A DNA stretch of 64,000 nucleotides from NCBI GenBank assembly GCA_024137785.1, contig JAHRHZ010000066.1, positions 4,962,601 through 5,026,600 on the forward strand. The letters run 5' to 3'. Source of the DNA: Ginglymostoma cirratum. Its lineage: Eukaryota. Shown piece after piece: positions 49,815-62,230 of this stretch. How positions within the stretch are numbered: position 1 is the first letter of the stretch; every line of letters begins with the position of its first letter. Made by a program: the position numbers and the translations under genes. The notes below the pieces were generated by a model. That model was not told the DNA's origin. It made no database searches and worked only from the letters and a program-made list of their open reading frames with translations.

Positions 49815-52359
49815 GAAACCTAATACTAAAGGAGAGCTGTAGGCAGGAAGATTGACCCACTTATTTGCTGTTTTATAGCTACTTCTTCCACATGTAATGA
49901 AAGAGTGTTGTTTTGCCTCAGCACAATAAAGGTTATGGGATAAAAGTTAACAGTTGCGCACAATGCTTTAAACTGTTACTCCCACAAAGTTTATAATCTG
50001 TGTTTGCACCTGATAGTTTCAGGAACAATATGTGTAAGAGTAAACAGCACATTTCCATTTGCCTTCTTCTCAATATCAACAGGCTTTGTCCTGTTCTGAA
50101 GTCTGAGCAGTAACCACTGTCAATACAGACAGCTGTTTTTTTTTAGCGGAGAATGATGTTCAATCTTAAAGAGATTTTGTTTGTTTCCTTTATCTGTTGA
50201 TGCATTGCCACAGAGTTTCCAATTCTTCAGTAACAGTGGGCAAGAGAAATTGTGCTTATTCATTCTCCAAGCAAAGGCATCACTTCAAGTGGAAAACTGC
50301 TTGCAAAATTCTTAAGAAATCCTGGTAGCAGGCATATGGTCTGCAACTGTACTGTCACACTTCTATAGCCTGGCCCCCACCTTCCCAGTTGCAATAGTAT
50401 AACCTCTGACCCTCTGGGATGCCACAAAGACCTGCAAATATATTTCATAAAATACCCAAGAAGATTGAGCTGTGATTCAATCAAGTTAGTTCAGGTAACT
50501 GGCTAATATGTTTTAACTGCTCAAAGTACTGTATTATCAGAACTCTGTCCTTCCACTTAACTGAGACTTATTTCACTAGGTATTTTGTGCTCTGAGTAAA
50601 GTTTATTATCAATGAATATTCACACTTGTACAACTTTTTAATATTCTGAGATCTGAAATAATGTGTTGCTGCTATTCTCCACAATGTACAAAAGATCCTA
50701 AATTCAGAAAGTGCTTAGTGATAGCAGAGTTTCAGAAATCCACTGCCCACTTTGGTATTTTGTCCTTTCCCATAGTCTTGACTTTGGATTTATTTTTGCA
50801 ATTCAGGCATCACCCAATTGAAAACTGCCAGGCAACAGCGATTATTTTTATTTTAGCTGGAGCTAATTGTCACTTCCGAGGTATTGTAAATATCCTTAGG
50901 AACCACACAATGAGCTGAATTTCAATTCTCAAAATAGAGAGGAGTTGTCAACAAAACTATCAGTTAGCCAGTGTGAGTGTGATTCATTTTTTCGGGGCGA
51001 TAATTTATTAACCCTAGACAGATACGGCAAACGATATTAGAATTCTTCAAGCATCAGTTTCAAGCTAAAATTGGAATTGACCAACTGTTCTGAATACATT
51101 GTGCAGCTGGCTTGGAGCTCCTAGGGTGCATTATATTTCTGTAACATTCACTTCAATCCATGGTTTGGTTTAGGACCAGTTAATGCTGTAATGACACATT
51201 ATTGAACTCATAATCTTGACTACGGAGGAATGGATCCAATGAGATTTCATTATTTAAGTTGTTACTGGAAGCTAAACAAAATTTCCAAAAGAGTTGCCTT
51301 CTGAAAAATCATTTTTGTTTCTTACTCTTCCTTTTGGAACCATAAGATTTCAATGTACTTGGTTTCTCATTTTTCAGTAACAGACAATAGCCCAGGTTGA
51401 TGGTTGAGTCTTGTTGCAATGTTGATAACTTATGACTTACCCACATTGACATCTTAATAGCTTGATCTACTGAGCCAACAAGGCATGCTTTTGTTTCAGT
51501 TAAGATTGTAGGTTCAAAAGGACAAATACACAAACAAAAAGTTAATTTAAAACTCTGGATTGAAGTACAGCATTGTGTCAAACATTACGATATAGCCTGT
51601 TATCACACTACACAATTGCCTATCTTATTCTCTCTCCCCTTATGATCCATTGGTTTAAATGTTTCTTACTTCAAGATTAAGCAAAGTTTACATGTCCTTT
51701 TGCCTCTCACAACTGAACCCAGTAATAAAGACAGGTCATTTCAGTACTCAGCTTGACTACAAAACCAAGAAAGAGGCTACCATTGTGTACTCGTCAAAAT
51801 AGACATAGTGCTTGCTCTTTCCAGTTCATGCCAGAAATGAAAATTGCAAACTTTTGTGAGCTACAGTTTTCTTTTACATTCGCATTTTAAAAGGATCAAA
51901 TGTTTTACTAAGAGGCCTGTATTGGGCCTCTAGGCAGCCAGGAGACCCTTGACATGGGCACAGTGATAAGTGATCCCTGGTTGATCATTGTGGCCCATTC
52001 ATGGGATATCAATGTCCCTGACATTGCTGGATAGGAGACTAGAAAGATGAATTCCACACATCTGCTCACAGTATTCTGAAAGACCCAGCTCAGTTTGAGG
52101 CTTTGGGTGTCAAGCTGGTATCAGGGTACTGTGGCAAGTTTCAACTCATCTGCTTCCCCTAGCATTATCAATACAAACAGATTTGAATCATCAAGTCTAG
52201 AATCATTCAGCTATCTGATTTTTATATGTGGCTTTAGTGGAATTTACACTGTCTACATAAAGAGAAGACAATCAAATTGAAGAGAACCAAGATATGGCTC
52301 GTGTGAAATCTTCTTTTCACATCCTTTTTATACAGTACAAGCCAACAATCTGTGAATAT

Positions 52360-53307
52360 TGTAACATTCAGGAAACAGGCAGTTTCGAGCGGTTGCTCTA
52401 CCTGACTGTTCCAAAATATCAGCTATTATCAATCCAGCCTATGATCAAGGATAGGCCTTGTTGCAAAGTTTTTAAGAGGTTACTCAGAACAATTCAAAGG
52501 TCACTTACAGTTAGTTTGGTCAGTTAACCAGAAGTAGTCAAAGGAGAAATTGCAATGTTTGAGCTGTCATTCAATCAGGTACTTAGAAGCTAGAAGGTTT
52601 CATCTTAAAAAGGTTCTACAAAACCCTGGGAGTTGTGGAAACTGAGGAAGAAGTTGTAGATTATGAATAATTCATTGTAGCAAGAGTGAGGATGAAGAAA
52701 GCCCACAAGCAATATCTGCTTAGCTTAGCTGAGCAAGAGTAGATCTTGGAGACGCATAGGAACAGTGTGAGCTTGGCGAAGCCAACTGTCTGCCAACAAG
52801 TTGAAATTATGCCTCTGAGAAGATGCGGGGGTACAGTTTCCAGAGACCAGGGAAGTGCAGTCTTGACTGGGAAAGCAAGCTACCAGAATATGAGCCACTG
52901 TTGTGGAAGTCCATGGGAGGGAAGTTTTTGATGGAGTTACAAAGTTGGGTATTTGAAACAGAGGAAGTTGGAATCCCTTATAAATTCTAATGAATTTGGT
53001 GGCCTGTAGTGTCATTAATATCCAGTTGTGCCTTTTAGAAACCTGTGGGATCTGACTTGATGGTATTTTCTATTTGATGTGCTCTATAGAGTGTTCGGCC
53101 ACATGTTAAAATATAAGTTGTATAGGTTATATGTAGTAGATTGTATAACTGTTCTAATCTCCATTACTGTTTGTTCAAAACCTTAGAATCTTGTACTTTT
53201 ATTCTCTTATTAAGCACCTTCAGTGTCAAACTTTGTCTAAGCAAAACGTTTTTGGTCCCGAGCCAGAGGGTAATTTAAATTTGGTGGTCTGGTCCAGGAT
53301 CTTAACA
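52360..53307. mobile_element. Probable solo LTR (~950 bp)
   Basis: Starts tgtaaca, ends gatcttaaca (TG...CA); flanks aatat / aaaat; no ORF. Confidence 0.4.
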
Positions 53308-54544
53308 AAAATCCTTGTCCATTCAACAATTCAATAAGGACTTTAATTTTCAAATCGACTTCTATTTTTCTGAAAGGCCTTTATCCAAAGCATCCCTAAT
53401 ACTTGACGGACCACATTTTCTTATCCATGCTATATCACATGCTTCCATTCAGCAAAGAGCTAAGAGATACCCTATGTCTGAACCAGTGTAAGTTTCAGCC
53501 TGAACCTAAATGTGACTGTGTTACAGGGCACTCGCTTAGGTTGATTGACGGATGTCTGCCTCTGGGGAAAAAAGCTGTCAGCTTCAAATTGGCTATCTCC
53601 AAAGTGACCTAACATAAGGTGACTCTAAAGCTTATGGTTCCAAATCATTTACTCTGATAATTTTTACAGCAGAAAGTAGACCATATCAACTCATCATGAC
53701 CTTAACAATTGAAGCTTTTTTTTTAAACTTTCAAAGTATACCAGAAACAACAATAATCCATCAAACTTTGTCATCACTTAAGCAAAAGGGCAATGAGTGG
53801 CTCAGAATCCATTTCACAGCTGCTGAAGGAAAAGAGTACCTGTTTGATAACTGAGTAAGTCATATCTGAAATACATTTTGCTGTTATGTCTGGATACTAA
53901 TGGACATTATTAGTCAACACAAAAACTAGCCCATTATCAGAATTCATCTTCAAAAGGTTTTCCTTCATAAGGGGACAAAAGTCATTAACTGTACTTTGTA
54001 CATGAAGTAATGTTTTCATCGGGTTTAAGGTTGATCTTGCTGGTTGGGTGTGCAGTTTTGTAGGGAAAGACGTGTTCTCCAGGGCATGTCAGTTACATAT
54101 CACTGACCTGTCATTTCCCATTCTATAATTGAAATGGAATGGGAAGTCATGGGCTGAGGTTATCCAATTAAGCCATATGTCCTTGGCAGGCATTGGAAGA
54201 GTGATAACAGGATGTTTGCCTCTCAATGGCGTATTATTCACATTTCAAAATGTGTAAAATATTCCAAATCTGGACACCATTAACACATAAAGCCAGAAAT
54301 TGCGAGGTTCAGTTTTCAATTTGGGACCTCGTTGTGGCTCATAATTACCATCATGTATGATGCACGTTTGAATCCCTGTGTACTTCAGCTCCCAGCAGTC
54401 AAAAGAGAGGGCCAATGAAAGGCTGTGCTACCTTCTAAGATCACTCTCATGAAGTAGAACTAAGATATGAAGCTCTATGTGCAAATTCATGTTGCTTGGA
54501 GAGTCCACCCATAGCATTCACTTCTGTAAGTTGTTTCATATACA

Positions 54545-55092
54545 TTTGTGAGGCCACTTTTAGAATGCTGTGTTTAATTCTGGTCCCCTGTTATAGGAAA
54601 GATGTTGCTAAACTTGAATGGGTTCAGAAAAAATTTACAAGGTTGTTGCCAGGATTCAGTTATATTGAGAGGCTGAATAGGCTGGGGCTATTTTCCCTGG
54701 AGTATAAGAGGCTGAGGAGTTACCTCATAGAGGTTTATAAAATCATGAGGGGCATGGATAGGGTGAACAGCCAAGGTCTTTTTCCCAGCGTTAGGGAGTC
54801 ACAAGGGCATGGGTTTAAGGTGAGAGGGAAAAGTTTTATAAGGGACCTAAGGGGCAACTTTTTCATGCAGAGGGTGGTGCGTGTATGGAACAAGCTGCTA
54901 GAGGAGGTGATGAAGGCAGGTACAATTACAAAATTTAAAATGAATTTGAATGGGTACATGAATGGGAAGGGTTTAGAGGGATATATGCCAAATGCTGGCA
55001 AATGGGACAGGATCAATTTAGTATATACAGTTGGTGCAGACGAATTGGACCAAAGGGTCTGCTTCCGTGATGTGTATATATCTGACTCTATA
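54545..55092 (+). mobile_element. CR1 LINE 3' fragment
   Basis: PCYRKDVAKLEWVQKKFTRLLPG...LGLFSLEYKRLR...FFMQRVVRVWNKL, followed by the CR1 tail. Confidence 0.9.
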
Positions 55093-55214
55093 TCCTCTGT
55101 CTTGGACCCTGCTGAAATTTGATTCATAAAGCTGTTACCATTTCAAGTTTGAATGGAAAGTCATGTGGTTTGAACAAGTATCAAAGCTACTCACATCATC
55201 CCTCTGGCCATTCA

Positions 55215-55767
55215 TGGGCAAAATCCAACCCCAGTGACTGTGCCTGGAAGACCACCAGCTCGGTGAAAGACACTCTTTGGTCTGCCTGGAACTTGTTGAT
55301 TTTCCAATATAAAGAGTCGACCTCAAATGAGTGTTGCAGACTCACACATTCCAAGGTGCAGGACTACATGTTGAAGGATGCACTATGCAGAATACAGTGT
55401 TACAGCCACAGAAAAGGTGCAGAGAGAGAGAGAGATCAGAATTAACATTTTGAGAGGACCATTCAAATGTCTGACAACAGCAGGGAAGAAACTATTCTTG
55501 AATCTATTAGTATGTGTATTTAAACCTCTATATCTTCTGCAGAGGTCAATTCAGTTATCAGAGTGTCTTGGTGTCTCAAATATATGTGAACATAGTCCTA
55601 TATAAGTAAGAAATGCCTTGAGTTTTTTTTTTGGAAATACAGGGAATGTCAAACTCCAACGTTTGTTTGATCTTGATGTTGCAAAGACCGTACAGAACGG
55701 CTTCAGTAACTGTGTATATATACAAAGATTTATTATAAATAAAGTATATTTTTGCAGTAAAAAAATG
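55215..55767 (+). mobile_element. Tx1/L1-like LINE 3' fragment interrupted by an antisense LINE tail (~55385-55540)
   Basis: CAWKTTSSVKDTLWSAWNLLIFQYKE...ECCRLTHSKVQDYMLKDAL; tail ataaataaagtatatttttgcagtaaaaaaa matches 15065-15095. Confidence 0.7.
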
Positions 55768-55799
55768 AATGTGTAGGTGGCATCTCAACACATCATAAG

Positions 55800-56190
55800 A
55801 CAATAATTTAGAAAGCACCCATGATTCTTTCATTATATGACACCCAAAGGTGCCTGCATTATATGTAGGCATGCTGGTTACTGAGTTATGTAACTTTACT
55901 GAGAAACCCTGAGGCAACAGTGGAATAGGAATACAATGAAACAGATTCCTCAGCTGTACAGGTTTCAGGCACAACATTGATGTGTTTGCAGCAAATGTTC
56001 TGCTGTATGAACCATTCAGGGAAGGTGTAACCTTTAACCCTACGAAGATGTCCTGTGCAATCATGGTCTACAGCATGCATCATACTTAGCAATTCAAAGG
56101 AAACCAATGTACAGCAGAACAAAAAGGAATTTTCCTATGGAGGACCAATGGAGAAGGAACAGATGAAGAACTGGAGAGAGAAATTAAAAA
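55800..56190 (+). pseudogene. Harbinger (HARBI1-like) DDE transposase C-terminal relic
   Basis: Across frames: STHDSFII...VPALY, LRNPEAT...EYNET, QMFCCMNHSG, TKMSCAIMVYSMHH...AIQR, then an acidic tail. Confidence 0.55.
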
Positions 56191-56563
56191 AGTCAAACTG
56201 CGTCCTGTTTTGGCAGGGACATGATCTAACCCCACTCTGGTTGTGTATTGATGGCCAGTAAAATGGTACCAAGTGATGAAAACAGCACTAACTTTAACTG
56301 CTACCTCACACATCCTTCAATCAGCATGAGCCATAAAATGACTTTCCATCAGGAGCACTCCATGCTAAGAAAAAAATAAAGTGCTCAAAAGTATTAGGTG
56401 CTGTCTATTTAATAGTGCACTTCCTTCAATTGCTGTGCTGCCTTTTAGTGACTCTGTTATCTGTGCTTCCTATAATGCCAATCCCACTCTTACTCTCCTG
56501 AGTGACAGGATCAAGTGTTCAGCATTATGTTGAACAGTGCAGCTATTAAATGAAGGAAGGAGA

Positions 56564-57578
56564 AAGTTAACAGAAGAGTTCCTAGGGCTCATGTCTAGTG
56601 GTACAAACCTAATCTTTAAAGAAAACATAATTTGATATGAGTTGCATTATTAGTACTTGCTTCATTTGTTCTAGGACTCATTGATGTGTTAATTGGGGGA
56701 GGTTCATAACGAACTCTAACAAGGCTGTGTCTGCCTGCTGGCATCCATGAGAGGAAGCTCCCTCATATGCCACTTCTTGTTCCATGCCTCAGGTGCAGGG
56801 TATCCCTGCAGGATGCCTTTTGATCTGTGTGAGAGCAGACTGCTGCCAACATGTCCGAAAGCTCCCATAAATATCATTTCAAGCTGTTCCCCAGTCTGTC
56901 ATGTCTAACAGCAACAGATTCCTGAATGTTGAAGCCTGAGGCCTTTATAACACCAGCCATAACGTTTTTGAGAAAAACTGTGGCTGCATTTAGTTCCCCT
57001 GGAGCTCACCTCCAATTACTATACAAAAATTCCTCATGCATTACTGCAGAAGGATTGTATATTTTCATGTATCAGAACTGGCTGCATTGAAAGTATGATT
57101 TACACGACCAAAATCAATTCCGCTGGTTCAGTTGCAAGTATGCATTGCCGCTATGACCTTTGGTGCTAATACACTTGGAGCAGTTACATTCAGGGTCACC
57201 TTGACAACTTGTTCAGCTATTTCAGCATTTCTGCAAGTAACCCCTTCAGACACCAAATGGTGTTAAGTTTCACATGCAATGTCATCTCTCCTCCCAAACA
57301 AACTACCTGGCTCCAAGGAGCATGCTCACCTCCATCTTAAAACCAAATATGGCTGCTCTCCTTTCTAGATAAGTCTCAGCATCACCTCCAGGACATTGTC
57401 TGTAACAGAAGGAGTCTTTCCCCCTTGATGCTTGCTGAACCTTTGAATCACCCTCAGCCAATCCGTTTTAGTGCAGTCCACAAAGGGGACAAGTTAACAG
57501 AAGAGTTTCCAGGGCTCATATCTAGTGGTACGAGCCTAATCTTTAAAAAAGTATAGTTTGATATAAGTTGCTTTATTA
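56564..57578 (+). repeat. ~90-bp direct repeat pair (56564-56652 and 57491-57578) flanking an ~840-bp insert
   Basis: aagttaacagaagagtt...agggctcat(g/a)tctagtggtac...cctaatctttaaa...tttgatat(g/a)agttgc(a/t)ttatta; roughly 85-90% identical by eye. Confidence 0.9.
56700..57070 (+). pseudogene. Highly decayed Harbinger transposase relic
   Basis: PAGIHE, AGYPCR, YNTSHNVFEKNCG, GAHLQ occur in the expected order (cf. PGSxHD, DKGYPL, YNxxH..R.xIExxxG, GGALQ). Confidence 0.35.
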
Positions 57579-57884
57579 CTGCTCTCACGCTTCTGTTAAT
57601 ATTGTGCATGTCTCTTGAAAGCAGTTCTAGAGCTTCTTAAATCTGCAGCTTTGTCTAATATGTGTTCTTTGATCTGTGAGCTCCTACAATATGGTCCATG
57701 TTGTGAACCAGATATTAATGTAACAAAGCAAATTTCTATTTACACTTGTCTTGATCAAATGCCTAAAGACTAGATAGCTTCTTATTTGTGAAGTAATTGC
57801 AAGACTGTCATAATCTAGTAAATATGTTGTACATTCCAGTGCCACATTATTCTCAGTGCAGTACCTTTATTCTCATTATCTATC

Positions 57885-58078
57885 TAATTGGGTGCACACA
57901 GACTCATGGCTGCGTGACTAGCTTGTGACATTGCAACATCATGGGTTTGAATCCCGTACCGGCTGAGATTACCAGGAAGGTCTCACCTTCTCAGCCTCCT
58001 CCCTCATCTCCCTCCTCAGGGTAAGCTCACTACCAGTTGCCGCTCTCTAATGACAGAGCAGCCTATGATCCTTAAGTC
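57885..58078 (+). mobile_element. tRNA-derived SINE (family of 44288-44496)
   Basis: gggtttgaatcccgtaccggctgag (B-box-like) ... ctctctaatgacagagcagcctatg. Confidence 0.55.
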
Positions 58079-58429
58079 ACTAATCCTGCGCAGTGAGTGC
58101 TGCATTCTTTACGCTGAATAATCAACACAATCATAACATGCATCAGGTAGAAAATCACAGTGTACAGCAGGCAGCAAGTCCCTGATGACCAATATATGTC
58201 AACTTATTAGTGGTACAGCAACATAATAATGATGTTACTGAATGAGTAATCTAAAGCCTTCAGTTTATCATCAAGAGACCTAACTTCAAACTCCAAGTGG
58301 AGAAATTAAATTCAATTAGTTCAATAAATTTGAATTTTAAAACATGACTAGTGACAGTATTTGTGGGCAAACTGGCAATTAGTGCTAGCCTTGTTAGCAA
58401 AGGCCTCTGAAAGGCATTGCCAGATATCA

Positions 58430-58780
58430 GGGGAGGCAATGGCCTTGTGTTATCATCACTGGACCGTTAATCCAAGGACCCAGGTAATGTTCTGGGGACC
58501 TGGGTTCGAATCCTGCCGTGGAAGATGGTGGAATTTGAATTCAATAAATATCTGGAATTAGGAATCTAATGATGACCGTGAATCCATTGTCGATTGTTGG
58601 GAAAAAACCCATCTGTTTGGCCAATGTCCTTTAGGGAAGGAAACTGCCATCCTTACCTGGTCTGTCCTACAGTGACTCCAGACCCACTGCAATGTGGTTG
58701 ACTCTTAACTGGCCTCTGATCTAGAAATACTGCCGAGCCAGTATTGCCCTCATCCTGTGAATGAATAAAGGGAAACAAAA
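58430..58780 (+). mobile_element. tRNA-derived SINE with CR1-clade-like tail
   Basis: Head ggaggcaatggccttgtg...gggttcgaatcc (B box), body agggaaggaaactgccatccttacctggtctg...gactccagacccac, tail catcctgtgaatgaataaa; an older copy lies at ~58200-58420. Confidence 0.7.
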
Positions 58781-59087
58781 ATATATCATGGCACCTTCCA
58801 TTACTGTGGTCATGACTAAGCACTGAGATAGCATCACAAGGCCAGGTAGAGGAACTGGGAGTAAAAAATGATTTGGTGCCTGTTCTGAAGGAAATCTAAA
58901 GCTTTCAAGTAATTCTACTGTCAGGAACATTCACCAAGTGGCAATGTTTCCTGGAAAAGAATAGTAAAATTGGTGAATGTTTTTAAATATCATATTGTAA
59001 CCATTGTAATTTCACTTCCTATTCTTCTGAATGCAAACTTTAAACTTCTTGCTTTGGAAGGCGATTTCTAGAGATTTTTGTTTTTAG

Positions 59088-59390
59088 TTTAAATTCATTC
59101 ATGGGATGTGGTCATTAATGGAAAGGTCAACATATCTTACCCATCCCTAATTGCATTTGAGAAGATTATGGTGAGCTGCTTTCTGGGTATAGGTACACCC
59201 GCAGTGCTGTTGAGGAGGGAGATGCAGATTTTGGACAATGAAGGGCCAGCAGTAAGTATTTCGAAGACAGGCCGGTGTGCGATTTGAAGAGGGATTTTGC
59301 AGGTGGTGGTGTACCATCTGCCTGCTGACTTTGTTCTTCTTGGTTGTCGGGATTATGGGGTTGAGAGGTGCTTGGCAAGTTGCTGCAATG
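59088..59390 (-). mobile_element. CR1-clade LINE 3' tail
   Basis: attcattcatgggatgtgg...cccatccctaattgc...gagctgc; similar to 30590-30900. Confidence 0.6.
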
Positions 59391-60288
59391 CCTCTGTGTA
59401 TTTACACACGTAACAAATGTATGATCACCTCTATTATTAGAGATAGATTAAGTGGTTATCAGAGTTTCATGACCATCAGCCCCTCCCCCACTTCTAACTT
59501 TTCATTACAGCACTTCTGCTTAATTGTGCACCAATGTAAAGACTGACAAGTGCTACAACTGACCATAAAACAAGTCTGTATGCATTCAAAAGATTTCATG
59601 CTGGCAAGGAAAATAAATTTGTGAATGTCTTATAATTTTATCATTTTCTCCCTAGCTTACTTGAAGCAGTTCTGTCTGATCTGCGTGCTTGTTTGCTTTA
59701 CATCAAAACTCTGCCTGCACCACCACGTTCACAATGACAGGGCCCAAGGTTTCCATTCATTCTCAGGCCTCAGAAAAATTAAAGCTGATCCTTTAGTCCC
59801 TGTATGATTGTAACTGGTAGAATCAAAAGATCAGTGAGAATTGAAGGGACAGCAATAATTGTAAATGCATTTCAAAAATGTACCTTCCTCAATTACTAGT
59901 CAATTTCCTACGAATGTGCTGTATCCAACTGTATATCAAAAATAAAGAAATGTTGCATCTTGGCTTAAATGCCGTTATAGATCTGCACTGGACAACAGCC
60001 CTTGGTCTAACCAAAGTTCAAAAGATGTCCCACTCCAGAAATCACTATAGCAGGGTTGAACACACCCCTAGCAAGGAGGCTAGAAAGTTAATCTGGAACA
60101 TTCCATGCTAGAAATGGGTACAGAGTCAGTCTCTGGAGGAAATGCTAAAGTCAATTCTTCCCAAACCTTTTCCCATTATGGTCTCATTTGGAAGCCGGAA
60201 GCTTGTTACCATTCCTTGCTGTCAGGGAAGGGAGGAAGGCACAGAGGAGTGGAGGAAGGCCATGAGTTCAGGGTGGGGGCAGACAAGA

Positions 60289-60665
60289 TGTATGTGTGTG
60301 TATGTGTATGTATGTCTAAGTGTTTGTGTTTGAGTACATGTGTGTGCATCTGTATGTGTGTATATGTATGTGTGTATGTGTGTGTGCCTGTGTGTAGCCA
60401 TGTCTATGCGTGTATGTATGTTTGTGTGTGCGTGTGCACGCATGCTTATCTAGGTGTGTCTGTGCATATATGTGTGCATGTTTGTTTGTGTGTATGTGTG
60501 TATACCTGTATGTGTACACATGTTTGTATGTGTGTGTCTACGTTTGTAGGTGTTTGTAGATGTGGGTGTGTCTGTGCATGTGTGTCTGTGTGTGTATGCG
60601 TGTGTGTTTATGTATGTTTTTATGTATGTATGTGTGTGTGCGCGTGTGTATGTGTAGGTGTGTAT
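60289..60665. repeat. Degenerate (TG/TA)n compound microsatellite
   Basis: ~375 bp of alternating purine-pyrimidine sequence (tgtatgtgtgtg...). Confidence 0.95.
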
Positions 60666-60726
60666 AGGTTTCACTCAAATAGGTGATAGGGTCTGGAATG
60701 TACTGCCTGGAAAAGGTGGGAAACCA

Positions 60727-62050
60727 TGAAATAACCCCAAAGGGTCGGTATCCCATCATTAAGTTTCCCTTTATTGACACATGGAGTATCCTTGGCACTG
60801 ATCCAGTTCTCTCAATGTTAACTCTCAGAGTGACCAGAACCTCTGACATTCCCACCATTATATCCATCAGCCAGAGCTCTCTGATTAGAACAGATTAACA
60901 GCCCCAATCAGGCAACTCATATTCTCTGAGGTTTACCTGACTGACCTTGTTACAATCACTACATTCCTCCCGCTCTGAGTCCGAGGATATAAGCCAGGTT
61001 TTTTTTGTATTTCTTCCTCGGGCATTTTAGCACCAGTTCAGGTTCCCCCAACTCTGCCTCTGATACAGGTGATGTGTAATGCACAGTAGCTCACCTCTTG
61101 TGACTGGAGCGATGCGAAAGAAATTCATTCTGACCTTCGGGCAGCAAAGGCATGGAGGTGTCAATGCCCACTGTGTCCATCTCAGATTTCGAGGTATCTT
61201 CAACGAAGGAGAACCCACGGGTTCCAGACAGTCGGAAAAGCTGTCCAGAAGCTGAACACGTTTTGCTCCTGCATTATTTGCAAGTTTGCTGCTTTCTTGT
61301 GGTCTACGTGCTTGTTCAGGACCTTCACACCTACACGAACTATATATGTCACTGGACCTAACGTTGACCATGCTCCTTACCCATGCAGGGCCATTCCTGT
61401 GATTCTTACACCAAACGTCATCCCCTGAAGTAAACTGTCTCTTTTGCTTAACAAAGGCTTGTGCCCAGCATTAGCGTTCCTGATGCCATTTGATCCTCCC
61501 CAGCCCAGGCCTGGGAAGATCAGATTTAGTATGGTGAAAGTCTTCTCCCCATTAGTAATTCTGCTGGAGCTATCCCTGTAGTTGCATGGGAGATGGTCTA
61601 ATAATCAAATAGAAACTGGGACAGTTTGGTATCTAATGAGGCTGTAGCTGTTTCTGTAAGCCTGCCTTCAGAGCTTGGATTGCTCTTTCTGCCAGATCGT
61701 TGGATGATGGATGGTATGGAGCTGTTCGAACATGCCGAATGCTATTCGACTTTAGGGAGGACTCCAATTCCCTGCTGGTAAACGATGGCCCACAATCTGT
61801 GACCATCATTTCCAGGAGGTCATGTGTTGCAAAAGATGCACACAGTTTTTCTATTGTTGTCCTTATGTTTGACAAATGAACACTTTCACATCGAGCCACT
61901 TTGAGTGGATGTCCACAATGACTACGAACAATGAAAGAACCTGCATAGTTAACGTGTAACAGAGTCCAGCATTTACCCAGCCACTCCCATGAATGTGGCA
62001 GAGCTGCTGGCAGTAATTTTTGTCCTTGTTGGCACTCTGGGCACTACCCC
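60727..62050 (-). mobile_element. Gypsy LTR retrotransposon 3' fragment (integrase, PPT, 3' LTR)
   Basis: Minus ORF 61633-61899 MVTDCGPSFTSRE...IRHVRTAPYHPSSNDLAERAIQALK is an rve integrase core; PPT agagcgggaggaa (60964-60976, minus) abuts LTR 60727-60963 (TG...CA, with AATAAA). Confidence 0.88.
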
Positions 62051-62052
62051 AC

Positions 62053-62230
62053 TGATGCGGCTAGGTCTTGCAACCTTTAAGAAGTACCTGAATGGGCACT
62101 TGAAGTGTCATAACATTCAAGGTCATGGGCTTAGTGCAGAAAAGTGGGACTGGAGTAGGTATTTTAGTTTTGCCACTACAGACTCAATGGGCTGAATGGC
62201 CTATTCTATACTGTATGATTCTATGACCAT
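62053..62230 (+). mobile_element. CR1 3' tail (continuation of 60668-60724, split by the Gypsy fragment)
   Basis: gtctggaatgtactgcctggaaaaggtgg (60691-60719) continues as caacctttaagaagtacctg...atgggctgaatggcctattctatactgtatgattctatga. Confidence 0.7.

Noticed and set aside
56564-57578. Repeat-spacer-repeat pattern as CRISPR-like
   Set aside because: Only two ~90-bp copies with an 840-bp spacer, no cas genes, eukaryotic context
60105-60686. 193-aa Cys/Val-rich ORF and antisense His/Thr-rich ORFs
   Set aside because: Translation of the TG microsatellite
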